Below, piece by piece: positions 20,066 through 28,547 of a stretch of 46,375 nucleotides of DNA. The stretch is from Escherichia phage N15. Every line of letters starts with the position of its first letter. Positions within the stretch are counted from its first letter, which is position 1. The DNA lies in the sequence record NC_001901.1; one strand, given 5' to 3'. A program made the translations under genes and the position numbers. Below the pieces are notes generated by a model. That model had not been told where the DNA came from and did not search any database. It saw only the letters and a program-made list of their open reading frames with translations.

Positions 20066-21478
20066 ATGTCAGCAGGAACGATCACCCTGACAAACGGGTC
20101 CGCTATTGTTGGCGGTTCCGGAACCTCATTCGCAACTGAACTTGCTGCAGGTGACTTCATTGTCTCTACTGTGGGCGGCGTTCCGTATACGCTGCCCGTT
20201 AAATCGGTAGAGAGTAATGCCCAATTGACACTGGTCAGCAACTTTACAGGGCCGACACAGTCTGGGGCAGCTTGGTCAGCTGTTCCCCGCGTGGCGCTGA
20301 ACATGGTAACTGCCGCGCTGGTAGCGCAAAGTGCTGAAGCGCTGCGGGGACTGAATTACGACAAACAGAACTGGCAGCAGGTCTTCAGCGCGGCAGGCAA
20401 CATAACTGTGAAGCTACCAGACGGCACCACCTTCACCGGCCCGTCATGGCCGTCTGTAATCAGCCAGACAAGCACATTGAACGGGAAAACTGGCGGACTA
20501 GTTCAGGGTTCCTTATTGGTAACGCCAGGCGATTCTATTGGTGTCAAGAGTGGAACAGGCGGAGACAAAACCATTGTTCTGGTAAATAGCCCTTCCGATG
20601 GTCCGGTTGGCACGTATGTGAACTCTATTGCGGGAAATTATTACTCAGGTAATTGGCGAATGGGGGCTGTTCGCGGTGATGGGGTGGATGTATCCCGAGT
20701 TCAGTTGAATATTTACGATGGTGTTTCATCATCCGCATCGTTTATGTTTTATCCTAATGAGCTATTTAAGGCATCTTCTTGTGGTGCTCCTGGAGATTTT
20801 CGGGGGGATGCGTGGGGTGTTCTTAATGGTTGGGCAAAAAACATTTCATTCTATAGAGAGAATTTATCCTCGCCTAATAACGGTGGTTTTGTACCCTTTG
20901 GTAGATGGAATAGTTACTGTTCTGGTGGTTACTACTCCACAGCAGGACTCGGTTCTTTGGCAACCGGGCCCCAGTCCTTTGCTGATATAGTTATGACAAC
21001 ATTATGCGATGCTGGTAATGCTGGCCAGAGAACTTTTTACTTTCAGACAACTTCTGGCGACATTGTTACAACCGGAGCTGGCGCGGCTCCAGGTAACTAT
21101 ATTTTTTCCAAGCAAGCTAACTGTGATATCACGCTGAAGCATAATGTGAAATACGATGATGGTTACCAGTCATACGAAAATATTAAACAATTACAGCCCA
21201 CTACATACGTCTACAAAGATGATCCTCGTGAGAGAGTCCGTCGTGGCATCATTGCTCAGGATGTTATGAAGATCGACAGCGAGTATGTAAAGTTAGTCCC
21301 GGCAACACCGAAATTTGATAGCGAAGGTAACCGGATTGATGCTGACGATACGCTAGCACTGGATAACAACGTCATCATGCTTGATACCGCGCTGGCGCTG
21401 AACTATGTCATTAAACAGCTGGAAGCTACACAGAAAGAACTTGCTGACCTTAGAAATCATTTTGCTGGTTCTTTATAA
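20066..21478 (+). CDS. Side tail fibre with C-terminal intramolecular chaperone (peptidase S74-like) domain
   Basis: RBS AAGGAGGG. C-terminus CDITLKHNV...LQPTTYVYKDD...RGIIAQDVMKI fits the S74 auto-processing domain pattern. Confidence 0.85.
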   Translation: MSAGTITLTNGSAIVGGSGTSFATELAAGDFIVSTVGGVPYTLPVKSVESNAQLTLVSNFTGPTQSGAAWSAVPRVALNMVTAALVAQSAEALRGLNYDKQNWQQVFSAAGNITVKLPDGTTFTGPSWPSVISQTSTLNGKTGGLVQGSLLVTPGDSIGVKSGTGGDKTIVLVNSPSDGPVGTYVNSIAGNYYSGNWRMGAVRGDGVDVSRVQLNIYDGVSSSASFMFYPNELFKASSCGAPGDFRGDAWGVLNGWAKNISFYRENLSSPNNGGFVPFGRWNSYCSGGYYSTAGLGSLATGPQSFADIVMTTLCDAGNAGQRTFYFQTTSGDIVTTGAGAAPGNYIFSKQANCDITLKHNVKYDDGYQSYENIKQLQPTTYVYKDDPRERVRRGIIAQDVMKIDSEYVKLVPATPKFDSEGNRIDADDTLALDNNVIMLDTALALNYVIKQLEATQKELADLRNHFAGSL

Positions 21479-21483
21479 GCAAA

Positions 21484-21516
21484 CCGCCGCCCATCGCATG
21501 CAAGAATGGGTGGCGG
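21484..21516 (+). terminator. Strong hairpin after the tail fibre gene (terminator-like, weak U tract)
   Basis: CCGCCGCCCAT-n11-ATGGGTGGCGG, 11-bp stem. Confidence 0.5.
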
Positions 21517-21657
21517 CTTAAATCTGCTCACAAAGAGCTACTGCCAAAAAATTTACAGAAGCCATAATTCGAATCGTGAGAATAACTTAGAAACGAAACT
21601 GCGAGCCTTTCAACAGCTACGCGCTGGCTGATACTTGCATATACTTTGAAATAAAAC

Positions 21658-21677
21658 TACTGTATAAAAAAACAGTT
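21658..21677 (+). promoter_or_regulatory. LexA (SOS) box overlapping the promoter of the UmuD'-like gene
   Basis: TACTGTATAAAAAAACAGTT has exact CTG-N10-CAG spacing with an AT-rich core. TTGCAT lies 17 bp upstream of TACTGT. Confidence 0.8.
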
Positions 21678-21691
21678 ATATGGTGAGAGTT

Positions 21692-22078
21692 ATGGGATTC
21701 CCGAGCCCGGCACAGGACTACGTTGAAGAACGAATATCACTGGACAAGCTCCTCTTGACTAGGCCATCGGCTACCTACTTCATGCGCGCCGGTGCCACTC
21801 ACTATCAAGAAGGTATCCTGTACGGTGCATTGCTGGTTGTTGATGCGTCACGTACACCATGTGACGGCTCGTTACTTGTTTGCCGGATGGATGGCGAACT
21901 TAGGATAAAGCGGTACCGTAAGTCACCAACCCCTCATCTTGAGGATTTGCAAACAGGAAGAAGAGAAGAGATACCGAAATATGATGATGAAACGAGTCCG
22001 GATGCAATATTTGGCGTGATCACGTACAGCATTAACGACATGAGGTCAGGTGAATTTGATGATTGTCCAGTGTTGTAA
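21692..22078 (+). CDS. UmuD'-like protein (starts at the position of the UmuD cleavage product)
   Basis: MGFPSPAQDYVEERISLDKLLLTRPSATYF aligns to E. coli UmuD from Gly25 ([29 protein letters not shown]). Confidence 0.85.
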   Translation: MGFPSPAQDYVEERISLDKLLLTRPSATYFMRAGATHYQEGILYGALLVVDASRTPCDGSLLVCRMDGELRIKRYRKSPTPHLEDLQTGRREEIPKYDDETSPDAIFGVITYSINDMRSGEFDDCPVL

Positions 22079-22083
22079 AAAGC

Positions 22084-22114
22084 GAAAAGCCCCACGTATG
22101 TGGGGCTTTTTTTA
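22084..22114. terminator. Bidirectional terminator between the convergent UmuD'-like gene and sopB
   Basis: AGCCCCAC-gtat-GTGGGGCT flanked by an A-run on the left and T7 on the right. Confidence 0.85.
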
Positions 22115-22120
22115 TTGACC

Positions 22121-23149
22121 CTATTTTTTCTCTTTATTTTTTATAATATTTTCCAACTTATCGAGGTCGCGATTAACCTGCTCAGCTGCACCTAATTCTG
22201 CCTCCAATAACGCTTCTATTTTTTTTATTAAATTAGAGGGTATTTTACGGCTATCTACTTTCAAAGTGACAAAACTACCCTTGTATTTAGCTACAACACC
22301 TTCACCATATTTCTTCTCGGTCTTGGGCATTTCTTCCTTATCGACAAGAATAAAGTCCTGTAGTGCCTGAATAATTCTTGCGGGCTCGAAATCCTCTCCA
22401 GCTTGCTTCATACGAAGCAACTGCTTCGCACCATCGAGCATAGTCTGCTCGTTACCCTTATACACTTTAGATAAAGCATCGCCAGCGCGAGCTGATAGCT
22501 CTCCCGGATGCTTGAAGATAGACAGGATCTCCCTCGGTAATCCGGCGGTATTCATGCAGCGGTTCACGATATTACGGTCGATGCCCTCTGCTTCAGCCAG
22601 GGCTTTAACGTTACCATCAAATTCTTTCAGTCGGCGCAAGTACCGTTTCCCGCGTTCGTATGCACTGGTTGGCCGATAGTCGTTACCCAACTGTGACAAC
22701 TGCTGCATTTGTTCATCATCCAGCTCTCCAACGAGAACCCGATAATCGCTACCAGTGATGATGGCTGTTTTGCGGCGGCGTGAGCCATCGGCAATTTCGA
22801 TAATGCCTGACGTCCTTCTGGCGAACGCGGGGTTCTGCTGTCCTGAAGTGAGGAATGAAGGGATAAGGTCGGCCAGCGCTGATTCGTTCAGCAATTCCTG
22901 ATCACGTTCATTACCGAGCCAAACCATTGTGGCCTTTTCGACTTTATCAGCAGGAATGGTTTCCAGCTTAAAAGTCACGTTGCGGCCGCAAACCGGTAGC
23001 GTAATGCTATTCCCGGACAACGAACTTAATTTGCTCTGTAAGTCGCCAACCATCGGCGAAACCGATGGCGCTTTTTGCGGCGCATTATGGTTATTGCTCA
23101 TGAACGTTTCGATGTTGGGCGCATTTTTTAATATAGAGCGATTCTTCAT
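22121..23149 (-). CDS. sopB: Partition protein SopB (ParB family centromere-binding protein)
   Basis: Strong similarity to F SopB, e.g. GVIEIADGSRRRK, SDYRVLVGELDDEQM, LGNDYRPTSAYERG. ATG at 23149 after GGAGGAC. Confidence 0.95.
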   Translation of the reverse strand: MKNRSILKNAPNIETFMSNNHNAPQKAPSVSPMVGDLQSKLSSLSGNSITLPVCGRNVTFKLETIPADKVEKATMVWLGNERDQELLNESALADLIPSFLTSGQQNPAFARRTSGIIEIADGSRRRKTAIITGSDYRVLVGELDDEQMQQLSQLGNDYRPTSAYERGKRYLRRLKEFDGNVKALAEAEGIDRNIVNRCMNTAGLPREILSIFKHPGELSARAGDALSKVYKGNEQTMLDGAKQLLRMKQAGEDFEPARIIQALQDFILVDKEEMPKTEKKYGEGVVAKYKGSFVTLKVDSRKIPSNLIKKIEALLEAELGAAEQVNRDLDKLENIIKNKEKK

Positions 23150-23151
23150 AG

Positions 23152-24315
23152 TTAGTCCTCCCAACGAGGTTTGATTAGATCTTCGAAAATTTCTTTGCAG
23201 ACTGGCTCCCAGATTTCCACTGCATTTCGCCAGGCATTAAGCGTTGAGCGTTGATTTGCTGCTTGCTCAAATACGGTGCGCATCTTGATCTGGCCTTTAC
23301 CAACTTCATCAGTGACCCGCACGACCTGTCGCAAGACCATAGCTCCCCAGGTATTTCGAATCTGCTCCTCCATCCACCGGGACTGATTGCCGTTAGTAAG
23401 GCTGTATTTGGTCAGGAGCAGGCGGACGACAGGTTCAAAGCCGCCCAAATCGACGGTTTCAAGCAGGTCGAGCAGCATGGTGAAAAACTGAAGAACTGAT
23501 GCATAGTCGAACAGCTCTGCAGGGGTTGCTACCACGATGACGTCAGCAGCACAGACAACGTTAATAGTTCCCGTACCCAAGTTTGGCGCGCTGTCTATGA
23601 CGATAATGTCGTAGTTATCCCATACAGACTCGATAGCAGCACGAAGCATCAGATGAGGGGGATGAGGTAGCTTCCCCTCGGAATGGTACTGCATCAGATC
23701 TGTTTCAATGCGGTGAAGGGCCAGGCAGCTGGGGATTATGTCGAGACCCGGCCAGCATGTTGGTTTTATCGCATATTCAGCGTTGTCGCGTTTACCCAGG
23801 TAAAATGGAAGCAGTGTATCGTCTGCGTGAATGTGCAAATCAGGAACGTAACCGTGGTACATAGATGCAGTCCCTTGCGGGTCGTTCCCTTCAACGAGTA
23901 GGACGCGGTGCCCTTGCAAGGCTAACCATTGCGCCTGGTGTACTGCAGATGAGGTTTTATAAACCCCTCCCTTGTGTGACATAACGGAAAGTACAACCGG
24001 GTTTTTATCGTCAGGTCTTTGGTTTGGGTTACCAAACACACTCCGCATATGGCTAATTTGGTCAATTGTGTAGCCAGCGCGACGTTCTACTCGGCCCCTC
24101 ATCTCAAAATCAGGAGCCGGTAGACGACCAGCTTTTTCCGCGTCTCTGATAGCCTGCGGTGTTACGCCGATCAGGTCTGCAACTTCTGTTATACCCCAGC
24201 GGCGAGTAATACGACGCGCTTCCGGGCTGTCATCGCCGAACTGTGCGATGGCAATAGCGCGCGTCATTTCCTGACCGCGATTGATACAGTCTTTCAGCAA
24301 ATTAATTAACGACAT
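23152..24315 (-). CDS. sopA: Partition ATPase SopA (ParA family, Walker type)
   Basis: Near-colinear with F SopA, e.g. KGGVYKTS, LLVEGNDPQGTASMYHG, IKPTCWPGLDIIPSCLALHRIE. ATG at 24315 after GAGGAAACAGG. Confidence 0.95.
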   Translation of the reverse strand: MSLINLLKDCINRGQEMTRAIAIAQFGDDSPEARRITRRWGITEVADLIGVTPQAIRDAEKAGRLPAPDFEMRGRVERRAGYTIDQISHMRSVFGNPNQRPDDKNPVVLSVMSHKGGVYKTSSAVHQAQWLALQGHRVLLVEGNDPQGTASMYHGYVPDLHIHADDTLLPFYLGKRDNAEYAIKPTCWPGLDIIPSCLALHRIETDLMQYHSEGKLPHPPHLMLRAAIESVWDNYDIIVIDSAPNLGTGTINVVCAADVIVVATPAELFDYASVLQFFTMLLDLLETVDLGGFEPVVRLLLTKYSLTNGNQSRWMEEQIRNTWGAMVLRQVVRVTDEVGKGQIKMRTVFEQAANQRSTLNAWRNAVEIWEPVCKEIFEDLIKPRWED

Positions 24316-24376
24316 CCTGTTTCCTCTCAAACATGCCCTTATCTTTGTGTTTTTCATCATACTTTACGTTTTTAAA

Positions 24377-24420
24377 GCAAAGCAACATAAAAAAAGCAAA
24401 GTGACTTAGAAAACGCAAAG
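24377..24420 (-). promoter_or_regulatory. sop promoter/operator with three CTTTGC repeats at 19-bp phasing
   Basis: GCAAAG on the + strand at 24377, 24396 and 24415. F SopA autoregulates through CTTTGC repeats. Confidence 0.7.
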
Positions 24421-24635
24421 TTAAGGTTCAAATCAATTTTTTGATGCGCTACAGAAGCTATTTAGCTTCATCTAAGCGCAACGGTATTACTTACGTTGGT
24501 ATATTTAAAACCTAACTTAATGATTTTAAATGATAATAAATCATACCAATTGCTATCAAAAGTTAAGCGAACATGCTGATTTTCACGCTGTTTATACACT
24601 TTGAGGCATCTCTATCTCTTCCGTCTCTATATTGA

Positions 24636-24652
24636 AACACAATCAAAGAACA
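24636..24652. repeat. Left copy of a perfect 17-bp inverted repeat bounding the telomere-resolution region (tos outer repeat)
   Basis: AACACAATCAAAGAACA; its exact reverse complement is at 24943..24959. Confidence 0.9.
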
Positions 24653-24774
24653 TCAATCCATGTGACATCCCCCACTATCTAAGAACACCATAACAGAACA
24701 CAACATAGGAATGCAACATTAATGTATCAATAATTCGGAACATATGCACTATATCATATCTCAATTACGGAACA

Positions 24775-24830
24775 TATCAGCACACAATTGCCCATTATAC
24801 GCGCGTATAATGGACTATTGTGTGCTGATA
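24775..24830. promoter_or_regulatory. telRL: telRL telomere resolution site (56 bp; central 22-bp telO palindrome at 24792..24813)
   Basis: TATCAGCACACAAT-TGC-CCATTATACGCGCGTATAATGG-ACT-ATTGTGTGCTGATA. Dyad axis lies between 24802 and 24803. Recognised as the N15 TelN target. Confidence 0.95.
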
Positions 24831-24942
24831 AGGAGAACATAAGCGCAGAACAATATGTATCTATTCCGGTGTTGTGTTCCTTTGTTATTCTGCTATTATG
24901 TTCTCTTATAGTGTGACGAAAGCAGCATAATTAATCGTCACT

Positions 24943-24959
24943 TGTTCTTTGATTGTGTT
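24943..24959. repeat. Right copy of the 17-bp inverted repeat, 36 bp upstream of the telN ATG
   Basis: TGTTCTTTGATTGTGTT is the reverse complement of 24636..24652. Confidence 0.9.
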
Positions 24960-24994
24960 ACGATATCCAGAGACTTAGAAACGGGGGAACCGGG

Positions 24995-26890
24995 ATGAGC
25001 AAGGTAAAAATCGGTGAGTTGATCAACACGCTTGTGAATGAGGTAGAGGCAATTGATGCCTCAGACCGCCCACAAGGCGACAAAACGAAGAGAATTAAAG
25101 CCGCAGCCGCACGGTATAAGAACGCGTTATTTAATGATAAAAGAAAGTTCCGTGGGAAAGGATTGCAGAAAAGAATAACCGCGAATACTTTTAACGCCTA
25201 TATGAGCAGGGCAAGAAAGCGGTTTGATGATAAATTACATCATAGCTTTGATAAAAATATTAATAAATTATCGGAAAAGTATCCTCTTTACAGCGAAGAA
25301 TTATCTTCATGGCTTTCTATGCCTACGGCTAATATTCGCCAGCACATGTCATCGTTACAATCTAAATTGAAAGAAATAATGCCGCTTGCCGAAGAGTTAT
25401 CAAATGTAAGAATAGGCTCTAAAGGCAGTGATGCAAAAATAGCAAGACTAATAAAAAAATATCCAGATTGGAGTTTTGCTCTTAGTGATTTAAACAGTGA
25501 TGATTGGAAGGAGCGCCGTGACTATCTTTATAAGTTATTCCAACAAGGCTCTGCGTTGTTAGAAGAACTACACCAGCTCAAGGTCAACCATGAGGTTCTG
25601 TACCATCTGCAGCTAAGCCCTGCGGAGCGTACATCTATACAGCAACGATGGGCCGATGTTCTGCGCGAGAAGAAGCGTAATGTTGTGGTTATTGACTACC
25701 CAACATACATGCAGTCTATCTATGATATTTTGAATAATCCTGCGACTTTATTTAGTTTAAACACTCGTTCTGGAATGGCACCTTTGGCCTTTGCTCTGGC
25801 TGCGGTATCAGGGCGAAGAATGATTGAGATAATGTTTCAGGGTGAATTTGCCGTTTCAGGAAAGTATACGGTTAATTTCTCAGGGCAAGCTAAAAAACGC
25901 TCTGAAGATAAAAGCGTAACCAGAACGATTTATACTTTATGCGAAGCAAAATTATTCGTTGAATTATTAACAGAATTGCGTTCTTGCTCTGCTGCATCTG
26001 ATTTCGATGAGGTTGTTAAAGGATATGGAAAGGATGATACAAGGTCTGAGAACGGCAGGATAAATGCTATTTTAGCAAAAGCATTTAACCCTTGGGTTAA
26101 ATCATTTTTCGGCGATGACCGTCGTGTTTATAAAGATAGCCGCGCTATTTACGCTCGCATCGCTTATGAGATGTTCTTCCGCGTCGATCCACGGTGGAAA
26201 AACGTCGACGAGGATGTGTTCTTCATGGAGATTCTCGGACACGACGATGAGAACACCCAGCTGCACTATAAGCAGTTCAAGCTGGCCAACTTCTCCAGAA
26301 CCTGGCGACCTGAAGTTGGGGATGAAAACACCAGGCTGGTGGCTCTGCAGAAACTGGACGATGAAATGCCAGGCTTTGCCAGAGGTGACGCTGGCGTCCG
26401 TCTCCATGAAACCGTTAAGCAGCTGGTGGAGCAGGACCCATCAGCAAAAATAACCAACAGCACTCTCCGGGCCTTTAAATTTAGCCCGACGATGATTAGC
26501 CGGTACCTGGAGTTTGCCGCTGATGCATTGGGGCAGTTCGTTGGCGAGAACGGGCAGTGGCAGCTGAAGATAGAGACACCTGCAATCGTCCTGCCTGATG
26601 AAGAATCCGTTGAGACCATCGACGAACCGGATGATGAGTCCCAAGACGACGAGCTGGATGAAGATGAAATTGAGCTCGACGAGGGTGGCGGCGATGAACC
26701 AACCGAAGAGGAAGGGCCAGAAGAACATCAGCCAACTGCTCTAAAACCCGTCTTCAAGCCTGCAAAAAATAACGGGGACGGAACGTACAAGATAGAGTTT
26801 GAATACGATGGAAAGCATTATGCCTGGTCCGGCCCCGCCGATAGCCCTATGGCCGCAATGCGATCCGCATGGGAAACGTACTACAGCTAA
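24995..26890 (+). CDS. telN: Protelomerase (telomere resolvase) TelN
   Basis: 631 aa starting MSKVKIGELINTLVNEVEAID. Tyrosine-recombinase-like core (…SGRRMIEIM…, …HDDENTQLHYKQF…) and an acidic tail. Adjacent to telRL. Confidence 0.97.
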   Translation: MSKVKIGELINTLVNEVEAIDASDRPQGDKTKRIKAAAARYKNALFNDKRKFRGKGLQKRITANTFNAYMSRARKRFDDKLHHSFDKNINKLSEKYPLYSEELSSWLSMPTANIRQHMSSLQSKLKEIMPLAEELSNVRIGSKGSDAKIARLIKKYPDWSFALSDLNSDDWKERRDYLYKLFQQGSALLEELHQLKVNHEVLYHLQLSPAERTSIQQRWADVLREKKRNVVVIDYPTYMQSIYDILNNPATLFSLNTRSGMAPLAFALAAVSGRRMIEIMFQGEFAVSGKYTVNFSGQAKKRSEDKSVTRTIYTLCEAKLFVELLTELRSCSAASDFDEVVKGYGKDDTRSENGRINAILAKAFNPWVKSFFGDDRRVYKDSRAIYARIAYEMFFRVDPRWKNVDEDVFFMEILGHDDENTQLHYKQFKLANFSRTWRPEVGDENTRLVALQKLDDEMPGFARGDAGVRLHETVKQLVEQDPSAKITNSTLRAFKFSPTMISRYLEFAADALGQFVGENGQWQLKIETPAIVLPDEESVETIDEPDDESQDDELDEDEIELDEGGGDEPTEEEGPEEHQPTALKPVFKPAKNNGDGTYKIEFEYDGKHYAWSGPADSPMAAMRSAWETYYS

Positions 26891-26892
26891 AA

Positions 26893-26926
26893 GAAAAGCC
26901 ACCGGTGTTAATCGGTGGCTTTTTTA
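26893..26926. terminator. Bidirectional terminator after telN
   Basis: AGCCACCG-gtgttaat-CGGTGGCT with an A-rich left flank and T6 on the right. Confidence 0.85.
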
Positions 26927-27063
26927 TTGAGGCCTGTCCCTACCCATCCCCTGCAAGGGACGGAAGGATTAGGCGGAAACTGCAGCTGCAACTACGGACA
27001 TCGCCGTCCCGACTGCAGGGACTTCCCCGCGTAAAGCGGGGCTTAAATTCGGGCTGGCCAACC

Positions 27064-27858
27064 CTATTTTTCTGCAATCGCTGGCGATGTTAGTTTCGTG
27101 GATAGCGTTTCCAGCTTTTCAATGGCCAGCTCAAAATGTGCTGGCAGCACCTTCTCCAGTTCCGTATCAATATCGGTGATCGGCAGCTCTCCACAAGACA
27201 TACTCCGGCGACCGCCACGAACTACATCGCGCAGCAGCTCCCGTTCGTAGACACGCATGTTGCCCAGAGCCGTTTCTGCAGCCGTTAATATCCGGCGCAG
27301 CTCGGCGATGATTGCCGGGAGATCATCCACGGTTATTGGGTTCGGTGATGGGTTCCTGCAGGCGCGGCGGAGAGCCATCCAGACGCCGCTAACCCATGCG
27401 TTACGGTACTGAAAACTTTGTGCTATGTCGTTTATCAGGCCCCGAAGTTCTTCTTTCTGCCGCCAGTCCAGTGGTTCACCGGCGTTCTTAGGCTCAGGCT
27501 CGACAAAAGCATACTCGCCGTTTTTCCGGATAGCTGGCAGAACCTCGTTCGTCACCCACTTGCGGAACCGCCAGGCTGTCGTCCCCTGTTTCACCGCGTC
27601 GCGGCAGCGGAGGATTATGGTGTAGAGACCAGATTCCGATACCACATTTACTTCCCTGGCCATCCGATCAAGTTTTTGTGCCTCGGTTAAACCGAGGGTC
27701 AATTTTTCATCATGATCCAGCTTACGCAATGCATCAGAAGGGTTGGCTATATTCAATGCAGCACAGATATCCAGCGCCACAAACCACGGGTCACCACCGA
27801 CAAGAACCACCCGTATAGGGTGGCTTTCCTGAAATGAAAAGACGGAGAGAGCCTTCAT
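27064..27858 (-). CDS. Bro-N/KilA-type antirepressor, distal gene of the immA anti-immunity operon
   Basis: N-terminal FSFQESHPIRVVLVGGDPWFVALDICAALNIANPSDALRKLDHDEK is a typical Bro-N/ANT domain. Confidence 0.85.
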   Translation of the reverse strand: MKALSVFSFQESHPIRVVLVGGDPWFVALDICAALNIANPSDALRKLDHDEKLTLGLTEAQKLDRMAREVNVVSESGLYTIILRCRDAVKQGTTAWRFRKWVTNEVLPAIRKNGEYAFVEPEPKNAGEPLDWRQKEELRGLINDIAQSFQYRNAWVSGVWMALRRACRNPSPNPITVDDLPAIIAELRRILTAAETALGNMRVYERELLRDVVRGGRRSMSCGELPITDIDTELEKVLPAHFELAIEKLETLSTKLTSPAIAEK

Positions 27859-28085
27859 TGCGCCTCCCCGGATTTCAGCTGCTCAGAAAGGGACAGGGAG
27901 CAGCCGCGAGCTTCCTGCGTGAGTTCGCGCGCGACCTGCAGAAGTTCCGCAGCTTCCTGCAAATACAGCGTGGCCTCATAACTGGAGATAGTGCGGTGAG
28001 CAGAGCCCACAAGCGCTTCAACCTGCAGCAGGCGTTCCTCAATCGTCTCCAGCAGGCCCTGGGCGTTTAACTGAATCTGGTTCAT
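27855..28085 (-). CDS. Small coiled-coil protein of the anti-immunity operon
   Basis: 76 aa with ATGA-type overlaps on both neighbours. Confidence 0.6.
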   Translation of the reverse strand: MNQIQLNAQGLLETIEERLLQVEALVGSAHRTISSYEATLYLQEAAELLQVARELTQEARGCSLSLSEQLKSGEAQ

Positions 28086-28246
28086 GCGATCACCTCGCTG
28101 ACCGGGATACGGGCTGACAGAACGAGGACAAAACGGCTGGCGAACTGGCGACGAGCTTCTCGCTCGGATGATGCAATGGTGGAAAGGCGGTGGATATGGG
28201 ATTTTTTGTCCGTGCGGACGACAGCTGCAAATTTGAATTTGAACAT
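28082..28246 (-). CDS. Icd-like cell-division-inhibitor family protein (first gene of the anti-immunity operon)
   Basis: MFKFKFAAVVRTDKK...SSEREARRQFASRFVLVLSARIPV resembles Icd/Ash-like small proteins. AGGA lies 9 nt before the ATG at 28246. The longer ORF to 28384 covers a structured leader. Confidence 0.6.
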   Translation of the reverse strand: MFKFKFAAVVRTDKKSHIHRLSTIASSEREARRQFASRFVLVLSARIPVSEVIA

Positions 28247-28411
28247 GGTATGCATTCCTATCTTGTATAGGGTGCTACCACCAGAGTTGAGAATCTCTAT
28301 AGGGGTGGTAGCCCAGACAGGGTTCTCAACACCGGTACAAGAAGAAACCGGCCCAACCGAAGTTGGCCCCATCTGAGCCACCATAATTCAGGTATGCGCA
28401 GATTTAACACA

Positions 28412-28490
28412 CAAAAAAACACGCTGGCGCGTGTTGTGCGCTTCTTGTCATTCGGGGTTGAGAGGCCCGGCTGCAGATTTTGCTGCAGCG
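28412..28490 (-). ncRNA. cA: Candidate leader-encoded regulatory RNA of the anti-immunity operon (cA-type, analogous to P1 c4)
   Basis: Promoter TTGACG-18-TAGAGT (28496..28525). CUGCAG-caaaau-CUGCAG hairpin. Terminator ACACGC-gcca-GCGTGT plus U7 ending about 28413. Confidence 0.5.
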
Positions 28491-28495
28491 GGGTA

Positions 28496-28525
28496 ACTCT
28501 ACCGCCAAAGCAGAACGCACGTCAA
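28496..28525 (-). promoter_or_regulatory. Candidate promoter of the anti-immunity operon (Pa)
   Basis: TTGACG (28520..28525) and TAGAGT (28496..28501) read on the minus strand. Confidence 0.5.
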
Positions 28526-28547
28526 TAATTTAGGTGGATATTTTACC

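Noticed and set aside
24953-24994. N-terminal 14-codon extension of telN shown in the ORF track
   Set aside because: It starts at a TTG inside the 17-bp tos repeat. The ATG at 24995 follows a purine-rich GGGGGAACCGGG and gives the recognised MSKVKIGELIN N-terminus.
28247-28384. Upstream 46 codons of ORF 28082..28384
   Set aside because: The region folds into long stems, lies in the operon leader and lacks an RBS. The Icd-like homology starts at MFKFKF (ATG at 28246).
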